Source: Eledone cirrhosa (Eukaryota). From it: a stretch of DNA of 64,000 bases. The translations under genes and the position numbers were made by a program. Positions 33,290 through 44,476 of this stretch are shown piece after piece (position 1 is the stretch's first letter; the number at the start of each line of letters is the position of its first letter). The stretch lies in assembly GCA_964016885.1 (NCBI GenBank), contig OZ024742.1, positions 374,542,001 through 374,606,000 on the forward strand, in the 5' to 3' direction. Under the pieces are notes generated by a model. The model saw only the letters and a list, made by a program, of their open reading frames with translations, had not been told where the DNA came from and did not search any database.

Positions 33290-34060
33290 GTTTGAAAAGT
33301 AAAAGAAAAGGATGTGGGAAATCTTCTTTGCCCACTTAGTCTTGAGAGGGTCATGCTGGCAAAGTCCTCAAACACTCCTTCCAGCAGGTCCTGTCAGAAG
33401 CAACCATTTCCAACTGATCCGGCTAGATCCCCAAGCGAAACTGAGCACATGGATGTTACCCAACCACCTTGCTCTGGATCTCCTTCCAGTTTGTTTTGCC
33501 CATAAAATCTGTTCAGCAATTCTTTCTTAAGACATTCTAACCACATGCCCATAGTATCGGAGCTGTGATCTCTCAATTTGGAGAAGCGGCTCTACCTGGA
33601 GTGACTCTCTGATCTCCAAGCTATACACTTAATCGAGTAACGTTACTCCAAAGACCCTTCAGAGGAACCCAATTTCGGCCGCTTGTATTTGTGATCATAT
33701 TCTTTTGGTCATTACCAAAGATTCATGACCATAGGTTAGGGTTGGCACGAAAACCGGATTGAAGATAGCGAGTTTAGCTTTTACGCCTACCTCCCTTCTG
33801 GTTACAAAATGCTGAAACTGGCCCATTACTGCACCAGCTCCTACAATTCTTGCACTTAATTCAGCGTCCTGCCTTCCATCACTCATGAACATGGCCTCAA
33901 GATACTTGAACTTCTCTACCTGCTTCAATGGGACTCTATTCACATGTAGCGTGCACTGCACAGGCTTCCTTGAGAAGACAAGTATCTCATTTTTCACAGC
34001 ACCGATTTACATTCCAGCCATGCAGCATCAAACCTATCAAATGCAAATCGGAGATCTATT
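33290..34060 (-). mobile_element. Decayed RTE LINE fragment, Rex3/Expander-like
   Basis: LKQVEKFKYL...SDGRQDAELSARI...KAKLAIF...FVPTLTYGHES; no PHD insert. Confidence 0.8.
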
Positions 34061-34078
34061 GTTTCTTATCTACCTTAA

Positions 34079-34272
34079 CCCTTTAGCATTCTCATTACCA
34101 TGAAAATACAATAGTAAATATAGAGTAAACACTTTATCTCACATAATATTGAATCTATGATATTTGATATTCTTTTTGCAAACAATACCTTAACATAAGT
34201 ATGAGTGGCCAGTTACAGCTGGTTTAAACAGAAAAAGGTTAGAGAATTCTGGCCGGTTTAAATACTAAAGGG
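34079..34272. mobile_element. piggyBac-like MITE
   Basis: TTAA-CCCTTTAGCATT ... AATACTAAAGGG-TTA. Confidence 0.6.
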
Positions 34273-34439
34273 TTATGGGTGGAGGCTAGGTGCTTGGCTT
34301 CCCTATTGATGTTAATGTAGGCTGTGGGGTCTGCTTTTTTATATTTAGATGTTATAGTATTTTGTGCTAAGTGGTTATAAGTAGTATGATCAACCTCATA
34401 GATGTTGTTTTATCAGATAGGAAGAAAGTAGTGAAAGAC

Positions 34440-36561
34440 CTAAATTTTTTAATGTCTCTGCTAAGTTTGTTTCAGAAGGGGGGTAAAGTGTTTGTGAAAA
34501 ATAACGTTAGCGACTAAATCAAGGTCTGCTTCGAAATGAGCGAGGCCAATTACCTTAGGTTGATAGGTTCTCGATTTCAGGTAGATAAAAAAACTACAAT
34601 GCCTAGCCATTAAGGCCGTTCTTACTCTTAAGGATCACAAGGCTGATTTTGCTTCTAACCCTACTTGTAGATTCTGAACCCAGCATGTAGAGATGGGGCT
34701 AGTCAGCGAATCTATCCTTAAAAGTATAGTTAAGACCATTAGAAAGAAATCCAACTTGTCCCAGTGGGAGACCAGTGTCTCTCTTATTAAGTGGTTCAAT
34801 TCCTTCAGCACCAAAAACGCAAAATTCACCCAGTTCGATATAGTGGACTTTTACCCGTTGATCTTGGTGACACTGTTGGATAAAGTGTTTGAATTTGCCA
34901 CCACTTACACCGTCGTCCATGACTTGGATAGACAGATCATTACACACTGCAGAAAAACCCTCCTCTTCAGTAATGGCTTAGCCTGGACAAAAAGTCAACT
35001 ACTCTGGAACTATTTGACGTCTCAATGGGATCATTTGATAGTGCTGATGTATGTGACTTTGTTGGTTTATACATTAGATACGTTGCAAGTCAGATTCCTA
35101 GACTTCCACATGGATTTATACTGCGACGATGGTCTGACACTATCGAGCCTTAAAAGTAGTCACAACCGAGACCATCTTAGAAAAGACTTGATAGTTACTT
35201 TTAATGAGTTGGGAATTATGGTGACGGTAGCCACATACCTGAGTAGCATAGATTATCTAGACATTAATTTAGACCTTCGCACACACATACTCAAACTTTT
35301 ACACAAACTTAATGAAAAGTTAAGCTATAAACACAAGCCTCATGCCACCCACATGGTTTTTAAAATCTTCGTAAAAAAATCAGGACTAGGATCTCTAATC
35401 TTTCTTCTAACAAGGCTAGAGCGGCACCCTACTACAATGTTGCGTTAGCCAACAGAAGCTTCTCTGGCACAATTTCTTACTCCTCTCCTAATTCCACCAC
35501 CAATAGGAAAAGAAGTTGAAATAAAAAAATAATTAGGTTATGCCTACCGTTCTCACTCCTAGACAAACACTTCCTCAGGTCATAAATACAGACCTGTCTT
35601 CAATAGACACAGGGTGAAACTTGGCTACTCTTGTGCTAAAAATATAAAAGCCCACATCACCAACCCCACCTGGATGCTCTTGCAGAAAGCCAGCAACAGT
35701 GTAACATCCACTGTAGTTTACGAAGCTGAAGTTACATCTGCCTGACCAAACCAACAACAGGAGGTGAAAACATGTAGTTATGGTGGAGGGCCGGTTTAAA
35801 GAATGCTTCCTTAACCATCAGACAACGTTTAGAGCAGACATGGACAACCTTTTCCGAGAAGCGGGCCGCAAGGGCGGTAACTCGGGTTGTTTTTTCAGAA
35901 TTCATACACGTTGTTTTCCTCGATCGTAAAAATGATAGAAAGATAAATTACGACTGAAAAGTTAGGGTAAAAAAATCAGAATGATTTCACTTAGGTAACT
36001 TAGGCGAGCCATTCAGAAAGCTTCGCGGGCCGCAGGTTACCCATTACTGGTTTAGACACTCAGTCCACGAAGCTCGCAAGTCACATATGGTCACTCAAAA
36101 GACGCAGACGTGCATTACTCCGTTCAATGGAAAGTTCTGACCAAATCTAGGCCATACAGAAATGGGCATTTGTCTTGTGGGCTGTGCATCGAGGAACGAA
36201 TAAATATCCTGCAGAGATTACGTAACCGTACCTGTCTAAATACACGATCTGATTTCTATAATCGATGTCCGCATGCCGCCAAGTACTTATTACGTAACTG
36301 CAAGGACCCAGACTAATTTTATCCATAAAGATCTCAATCATCAGTCTAACTTGAGTTATCCCCCTTGTCAACGACCTTGCGCATGACTGGCCAACTTCGT
36401 ATAGACTTCCGTTTTTTTGCTATGAGCCATCTCTCGGGGCCGAGGCTCGACACACGTGTCCTCGAAAATGGTTTGTTAACTGTTGTGGAACTAACTTTAT
36501 ACCGAACTCGTCCCATGGACTGAGTGCTCAGCACGGTTATAACATACCAGTGTTCTACCAC
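34440..36561 (+). mobile_element. Decayed Penelope-like element: RT plus C-terminal GIY-YIG-type endonuclease, Hydra-clade-like
   Basis: LTLKDHKADFASNPTCR, QFDIVDFYP, LYCDDGL, IDYLDINLDL; C-terminal WKVL..SRPY...CGLCIEE...LNTRSD...CPH; degenerate hammerhead after the stop; ends at (TA)n; many frameshifts; 5' limit approximate. Confidence 0.85.
35835..36049. mobile_element. hAT (Charlie-like) MITE nested in the PLE
   Basis: CAGACATGGACAACCT ... AGGTTACCCATTACTG, GCGGGCCGCA subterminal motifs, 8-bp TSD GTTTAGAG/GTTTAGAC. Confidence 0.8.
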
Positions 36562-36645
36562 TATATATATAGTAATAATAATAAATGTGAAGACTAAAAT
36601 CCAAAGAGGACTCGATAAGGATAAATATATAAGAACCGTAGAGCA

Positions 36646-36749
36646 AATATTTATTAAAATAACAGATTAAAGTTTAAGCAAAGAATCGCTACTTTCACCC
36701 TTAACAGCGATTCTTTGCTTAAACTTTAATCTGTTATTTTAATAAATAT
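36646..36749. repeat. Near-perfect ~45-bp-arm hairpin (fold-back element)
   Basis: ATTTATTAAAATAACAGATTAAAGTTTAAGCAAAGAATCGCT and its reverse complement; one arm also occurs at 6466-6508. Confidence 0.85.
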
Positions 36750-37237
36750 ATATATATTGGCATGGGTTGGACAGATTGTCACGGTCAGCGACTAGATGAA
36801 TTAAAGAACCCTAATCATGTACAGATGTTCTACAGTTGGATGCTGTTCCTAACAGAAACCACTTTACAGAGTGTACTGGGTGTATTTCATGGCACCGACA
36901 TACTATACAGAGTGTACTGGGTGCACTGTATCTTCATACTAAAATCATTACCCATCACCTTGCTGGCTGTACATGGTTTAGGGAGGGAGATTGTGTGTGT
37001 TTATATGTATTAACCTGATTAGTTTTTTCGTTTTTTTTGGGGGTATTGTATGGTTGGGTTTTGCCTGCTGCAATTTTCAATTTGTCAAGCTATCTAAACG
37101 TAATGTTATTACTCTAAGGACCTACCCTTATTGAGTGCTTTGCTACTCATTCCTAATCGTAGGTCGACTTTGCTTGGCCGCAGACAAAGCTTCGGTTTTA
37201 CTAAGCTTCCACTTGTATGTATATATATATATATATA

Positions 37238-39330
37238 TAGTTGTCCTCCGGTATTCGCGGGGATAACGTTCCTAGAGCACTCGCGAAGGGTGAAAACCCG
37301 CGAATATGGGACGTGGTTCATAAAAATGCCTATAAACGTCAAAATATTTTTTAAAAATATATTTAATTTAAAAAATACCGTAAAATGTACGGGTACTCAC
37401 CAATAATGAGTGATATTGATTGAAGATGATGAAAATAAAGAAGATAATGACTGCACAGCAAAGCAGAGGATTTAAAGTTTCTCAGGTGGCGCCTCTTCAG
37501 GGGATGTATCTTCGTGCAAAGCTTTCTTTTGTGGGCTTGAGTAACATTGTGATGGGAAGTTGCTGTCGGTGTTTCTTCATGGTAGTGACGAGAGTTTTAT
37601 ATGGCAGCATCGATGGCATTTTTAAATTGGCGAGACCGAACCATATAGGGATCCCATGCTTCTGCCTTCCCTTGCAACTCCTTTGCCATCCTTAAAAGGT
37701 CGGACAAACGTTCCATTGTCATGCCCTCGTTCTCTGGATCTGGATCTGGCGCTTCCTCGTCCTTTTCGCTTGCAGACTTTGTTAACTCCAACAAATTCTC
37801 GTCCGTCAGGGTTCCGAGTGGGCATCGATGAGGTTGTTAACCTCATTTGGCGTGATGTCAAAACTTTCGCCAACAACCTGTCTTACCGCATTGTCAACAG
37901 TCTCGTGCTAAATTTCTTCAGGTGAGAACCCCTTGTAGTCCTGGATATACGTTCTTCCAGCATGCGATGAGGCTTTCTTTTTTTCACGTCCTTAAGAGCA
38001 GCTTGGATGACTGACAGGCACGTTGCGATCGTGAAGTTACGCCAATACCCCTTTAACTTGAAATTCTCGTCCGAGTCCATTGCATCCACAAGGTGTTAGA
38101 GAGAGTTCCGAGTGTAAAATGCGTTGAAGGCATGGATCACGCCTTGATCCTATAGGCTGGATGAGGGAGGTGGTGTTGGCAGAGAGGAACTCACTTATAA
38201 TACAAATCCAAAGAGTGACCGCCATCATTATCCATAAATAGGAACACCTTCCATTCCATGCACACGTTGTGGAGGTATTCCTTGGCTTTAGGAATGAAAC
38301 ATTGGTGGAACTAGTTCGAAATTAGACTTTTGGTAATCCAGACCTTGGGGTTGTGCATCCAGTGGACAAGCAGTAGGCTTTTATTCTTATTATTGAAGGC
38401 CCTCAGGTTCGCGGACTTGTAGATAAGGCCTGGTTTCATCATGAAGCCAGCAGCATTGCCACACATTATGAGTGTCACTTTGTCCTTCTGTGCCTTAAAT
38501 CCTGAGGCTTTGGCTTCGTCTTTCATGATGTACAATCTGGACAGCATCTTCCAGAACAAGCTAGTCACGTCCATATTGAAAACCTGTTTCGGCTTATATC
38601 CCTTGTCCTCAATGATCTGCCTGAAGGTCTTGAGGTACTTCTCGGTGGCTTCTTTGTCAGCTGATGCCGCCTCTCCATGCAGAGAAACACACTTTATTTT
38701 AAACCGTTTCTGGAAACGTTCAAACCATCCGTTGCTGGCTTGAAAATCTTTGGGTTCCGGTGCTGTCGGTATTCCTGGTTGCGCTTCTTCGGTGCCTTCT
38801 GCTCCGTCTCCTCTGTCGAACTGCTGGAATAATTTCCGCGCTTTCATCCGGATGATGTTACCGCTCAAGAGGCACCGATGCAAAGGCAGATTCCATCCTG
38901 ACGAAGTGCTTATTTCTCACTGTCGATATCCTTTTGGCACGTTAACAGAAAATGTACTGCTACGGTAGTCCTAATCGCTGCCTTGTTTTTCTTTTTGTAG
39001 CGTGTGGTACCTCGTTGACGTCATAATAGCGACCTACTGCGGTATAACTTTTTCCTTCCTGGAGTATATCCAGCAGTTGTACCTTCTCATGGAGCGTCGT
39101 ACCTTTTCCTGACGCTTGTGTTCATTGCCTTAGAAGGTGTGGGGCATTTGGGCGGCATCTTAGGGCTTTAAGAAACACGCTGCGAAAAGCACAACACTCA
39201 GCAAAACATTCGAGATAGCTATTGGATGCAGTCCATCCTCCCCACCCCCCAAACCCCCAAAAAGGACAAAAAATCTTCCCTGCATCTAATATACGCATAC
39301 CACGAATGGGAGTTCGAGCAGAGGTTAAAA
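37238..39330 (-). mobile_element. Decayed pogo/Tigger DNA transposon; transposase pseudogene ~37480-39159
   Basis: FQASNGWFERFQKRF (CENP-B HTH), LHGEAASAD, QVFNMDVTSLFWK, NTTSLIQP (DDE_1); Tigger-like terminus at 37238; other end not clear. Confidence 0.9.
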
Positions 39331-39389
39331 CAATCATGGTTTTAAATAGTTTGTATTACTACTAGAAAACCTATACAGTAATCTATACT

Positions 39390-39582
39390 ATAATTGTTTC
39401 TACTTTTGGCACAAGGCCAGCAATTACCCTAGTGCATTACTGGTACTTTATTATATCGAGCCCGTAAGGATGAAAGGCAAAGTTAACCTCGGCGGGATTT
39501 GAACTCAGACCGTAAATTGCCGTAACTCTATGCTACAAAACATGGTGTCCGACCCTCTACCAATACTGTCAATACAACGCCT
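39390..39582 (-). mobile_element. tRNA-derived SINE, second family
   Basis: GGATGAAAGGCAAAGTTAACCTCGGCGGGATTTGAACTCAG. Confidence 0.8.
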
Positions 39583-39807
39583 ATAATAAGAGAGAGGGAC
39601 CAGCAAGTGACCGTCAATGAGGCTATATCGCTCTCGGCTTTAAAAATTAGCCTGTTGAAATAAACGATGTGTGTGATCAAATGTAGCGGTGATTGAAAAA
39701 ACACTGGTATAAAATTAACGTCCAGTCTCGTGTTATATCTTTGATCTATCCTCGCTAGTTATACATATAGTGCGCTACACTATATGTATGTGTGTGCGTA
39801 TATATAT

Positions 39808-40105
39808 ATCATCATCATCATCATTTTTACGTCCACTTTTCCCTGCTTGCAAGGGTGGGACGGGAACTGATTCTGGCTTGATTTCTACAGCTGGATGCCC
39901 TTCCTAACACCAACCTCATTTACAGTGAGTGCTGGCTGCTTTTTGCCGTGGCGCCTACACGACCACTTTGCAGTCCCTATCATCTCATTTCTACAGCTGA
40001 GTAAACTGGAGCAATGTGAAATAAAGGAAACAACACATCACCCGGTCTGAGAATTGAACTCACAACCTTTCGATTGCAAGGCCAACCACTAAGCCATGTG
40101 CCTCC
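39808..40105 (-). mobile_element. tRNA-derived SINE with small deletions
   Basis: Same family as 13207. Confidence 0.9.
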
Positions 40106-40242
40106 ATATATATATATATATCATCCTGGGACAAAATATTGTGTTCTCATCAGATAAAATAAGGTAACATGATATGAGGCATAATAGCACTTGTTTACAG
40201 GAGAGTGCTAAGTCTACATAGTATGCCTCGTACCATGTTACC

Positions 40243-40314
40243 TTATTTCATCTGATGAGAACACATTTTTTGTCCCAGGATGATTTTCTATTCGAAATGC
40301 GCATAATAAAATAA
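40243..40314 (+). ncRNA. Type I hammerhead ribozyme motif within a fold-back (40121-40283)
   Basis: TTATTTCAT-CTGATGA-GAA..long loop..TTC-GAAA-TGCGCA-TA-ATAAAATAA; palindromic stem III, 9-bp stem I with 1 mismatch. Confidence 0.7.
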
Positions 40315-40418
40315 ATGGAACTCTTAACTATCTTTTAATTTCTTCTTTATTATATATACTCCAGTTCTACCAACTGTTGAGTGCTACTTATCTGATATAT
40401 GCATAGTTTGATTGTTCT

Positions 40419-40457
<39 letters not shown>

Positions 40458-41138
40458 ACGGAATACTCCTATATTTTAAGGGCGAAGATTCGAAACCGAA
40501 TCTGAGGTTTCTCGCCTCTGGGACCACCCAATAATGGAAGGTTCTCACCGTTGTCCTGTCAAGACAACGATGATAAACGTACATACCACTTGACCTCTGA
40601 TCCCAGCTTCCTGGGAGACGAAATCCACATGGCTGCCCATACATCAACCTCATATACACATCCTTCTAACTATAGCACTGTTATAAATACAAGGAGTTAA
40701 GGAATCTAACAGCCAGTGAGACCGAAGCAAGCAGTCCATGTTAAGGTTCACGATGTAGCAGGACTTTCACTCTATCACTCTCACCTGGCCCTTACTGGTT
40801 GTCACCTTCTTGGCCACAGACACAGCCAGACAGATTGACCATTACTACTACGACAATAATGTATTCTAAGAATAGGCACACACACACACACACATAGTAA
40901 GTTCATATTGTTTACACTCTACGCTCACCCTATTCTTCCTGTCATATTGTATCTGTAAGGTACAACACAACTTTTATTATATCGTTTTCTCTGATACATT
41001 TATTCGCTACAACTGGTGACCCCAAGAAACGAACACACAGCCCTCTCACTATCCACTACAATTGGTGACCATCAATTATCTACTACAAACGGTGCCCCGA
41101 GGAACGAACACACAGCCTTCTCACTATCCACTACACAC

Positions 41139-41169
<31 letters not shown>

Positions 41170-41429
41170 GGTATTAAATTAACAATGAAAATAAAAACAA
41201 CAAAGTCAATTTACTTTACCTATTCATATCATTGTTTTGCGATCGTTTCGGGGGGCCGATCATATTGACATATTGTCTGATCTATAGCAGTTATATAACT
41301 GTATACTATCAGACCTCATATATAGGTTCGATCAGACCGTCTTCTTCGAAAACAATTACATTGAGTTCTCTCTACGGTACGGACCCTACCACCAGAGGTA
41401 GACCACAGTGAAAAAAAAATATATATAGA

Positions 41430-41773
41430 TATCATCATTTCATCATTTCATTTTACGTCCACATTTCCCTGCTTGCAAGGGTGAGACGGGAACTGATTCT
41501 GGCTTGATTTCTACAGCCGGATGCCCTTCCAAACACCAACCTCATTTACAGTGAGTGCTGGGTGCTTTTTTGCCGTGGCACCTCCACGACCACTTTACAG
41601 TGGAATGATAGGGACCGCAGTCCCTATCATCTCATTTCTACAGCTGAGTAAACCGGAGCAATGTGAAATAAAGTGTCTTGCTCAAGGAAACAACACATCA
41701 TCCGGTCTGAGAATTGAACTCACAACCTTTCGATTGCAAGGCCAATGCTCTAACCACTAAGCCATGTGCCTCC
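41430..41773 (-). mobile_element. tRNA-derived SINE
   Basis: Same family as 13207. Confidence 0.9.
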
Positions 41774-41796
41774 ATATATAGATATAGCTATAGATA

Positions 41797-42884
41797 TAGA
41801 AACTCCATTTTATGTCCCAAATGCAAAGTATGGGTGCATAAAAGATGTAGTGGGATCACAGGTAAGCTAACTAAGAACATAGATTTTACATGTGGCCGGT
41901 GCTCTGGTGCAATAAGTAGCAGCAAGTGCCCACAAAATACTAGCTCTTTCAATTGCGCAGAGGGTTCTATAGAAATAGTGGACACCTTCCGTTACTTGGG
42001 TGACAAAATCAGCAGTGGTGGAGGGTGTTCTGAAAGTACAGTAGCTAGAGTCAGAACTGGATGGAAAAAGTTCAGAGAGCTTATACCACTATTAGCCGCT
42101 AAAGGGTTCTCCCTAAAAATGAAAGGCAGGTTGTATGATGCCTGCATACGAACAGCAATGCTGCATGGCAGAGAGACCTGGGCATTGTGTGCAGAGGATA
42201 TACGCAGACTAGAGAGGAACGAAGCTTGCATGCTCCGCTGGATGTGTAACAGTAATATACGTGAACGGCAAAGCATAAACGAACTAAGGAAAAAATTAGA
42301 AATAAGAGGGATCAGATGTTATTTACGCGCATGAAAGACGACAGCTGTATAACAAAGTGCAGGGCAATAAAGATAGACGGTAGCCACGGAGTAGGCAGAC
42401 CCAGAAAAACCTGGGACGACCTGATAAATTCCAACCTCACACACTTACACCTCTCCAAGACAATGTCACTGGACCGAGATCTTTGGCGGTACTCAGTAAT
42501 ACAGAAGACCCGCCTTACCTAAGTACAAAGTGAAACCTACTACAGTCAGTAGGCACCTCTAACATAAATACACCCCATCCACACCACCCATTTCAATGTA
42601 AAGTTATGTTGGTGCCACAACATCCAGTCCTAAATAAATGAGGTCGTGTAGGTGTCACGACAAAAAAACACACAGCCCACGCTGTAATGTGGCCGTGTAG
42701 GTAACACGGTAAAAACCTCCCAGTCCACACTGTAAACGTGGTTGGTGTTAGGAAGGGCATCCAGCTGTAGAAAATCCGCCAGATAGTCCTATGCGAGCAA
42801 GACAACCACTCTTGCCTCAAGTGGGAAAACTCCCGTCCAAACCCATGCAAACGTGGAACACGGACGTTAAACGATGATGATGAT
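41797..42884 (+). mobile_element. 5'-truncated RTE subfamily A
   Basis: Starts inside the PHD (RNSILCPKC); small deletion at ~42325; 3'UTR and (GAT)n tail. Confidence 0.95.
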
Positions 42885-43376
42885 AGGTATATATATATAT
42901 ATACTTTCACTAGAATAAGAGGTTGTTGTTATTGAGAGACAAATACAGAGAAAGTGTGTGTGTGTGAAATACAGATAGATGTCACCATATTAATTAACAA
43001 GCTTTGAAACGCAGGAATAAGAGATACAAGATAGAGTGTACTTGTCTCTCTCTCTCTCTCTCTCTTTCTACACACACACACACATATATATATATGTAGT
43101 TAAGAGAAGATGATGGAATTATTGTGGAAGCAGTAGAGTTGTTTTCAAAATTACATTTATTCAGCTGCTTACATGTACCAGGACAGGATCTGATCCGTTA
43201 TCGGGTAATAATCTATCTTGAACTAGTTGTTCACCTTCTATGTACTGGATATTAATTATATCTATGATATTACACCATAAGCTACCAATGGTTTCACAAT
43301 CCAATTATGAGCTTATATAAGGAGTAAACCATGGTTTATACATACATATGTAAAGCCATGGTTTATACATACATAT

Positions 43377-43410
<34 letters not shown>

Positions 43411-44368
43411 GTACCTATTTAAACTCTTAACCTCTGCTCCATCCCATCTTCTACCCCCTACCCATTCATCATGCTGGTTCCTGCTCCCCCCCCCCCCTCA
43501 CTCTCTATACATATAAGATAAAACCCTACCAAAATTAATCAAAATCGCCAACTCGCTATTTCTGGGATGGCTGTTCCCTTCGGTATAAAGTAACGTTCAA
43601 ATTTTTCTCGATTCTTCTCTCCATTCGAACCCATTCATTCAATCACTTCTATGTCCTAATTTCACACTATATCATATTTTCACCATTCTATATCATATCT
43701 TTTCTCTAAAAATCATATTTTCCCTATCACCGCATTTCCTCTATCGTATTTTCTTAAACAAAACAAATCTTGTATTTTCGTTTATTGTTAAATTATGCCC
43801 AAAATACGGCGATCTTATCTTAAACCTTACATTCTGTCATATTTTCATATTCTGTCGTATTTTCATATCAAAACAAATCACTATTATATATTCCTTTAAA
43901 TATAATTTGTTAAACTTGCTAAGTTTTACGCAAAACTTCGAGTACCTATTTAAACTCTTAACCTCTGCTCCATCCCATCTTCTACCCCCTACCCATTCAT
44001 CATGCTGGTTCCTGCTCCCCCCCCCCCCCCTCCCTCTCTATACATATAAGATAAAACCCTACCAAAATTAATCAAAATCGCCAACTCGCTATTTCTGGGA
44101 TGGCTGTTCCCTTCGGTATAAAGTAACGTTCAAATTTTTCTCGATTCTTCTCTCCATTCGAACCCATTCATTCAATCACTTCTATGTCCTAATTTCACAC
44201 TATATCATATTTTCACCATTCTATATCATATCTTTTCTCTAAAAATCATATTTTCCCTATCACCGCATTTCCTCTATCGTATTTTCTTAAACAAAACAAA
44301 TCTTGTATTTTCGTTTATTGTTAAATTATGCCCAAAATACGGCGATCTTATCTTAAACCTTACATTCT
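43411..44368 (+). repeat. Direct tandem duplication, period 531 bp (about 1.8 copies)
   Basis: GTACCTATTTAAACTC... starts at 43411 and 43942; identical over ~425 bp except poly-C length. Confidence 0.95.
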
Positions 44369-44476
44369 CGCTAACAACACATCATCCCTCCCACCCTCCC
44401 CCACGCACCACCATTATTACGTGGACCAATCATAAGTCAGAGGCCCATACTATCGCTTACCTGGTTGCTTTTCGAT

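Noticed and set aside
41230-41345. Minus-strand GAAACGATCG hammerhead half
   Set aside because: No correctly placed CTGANGA core or stem I
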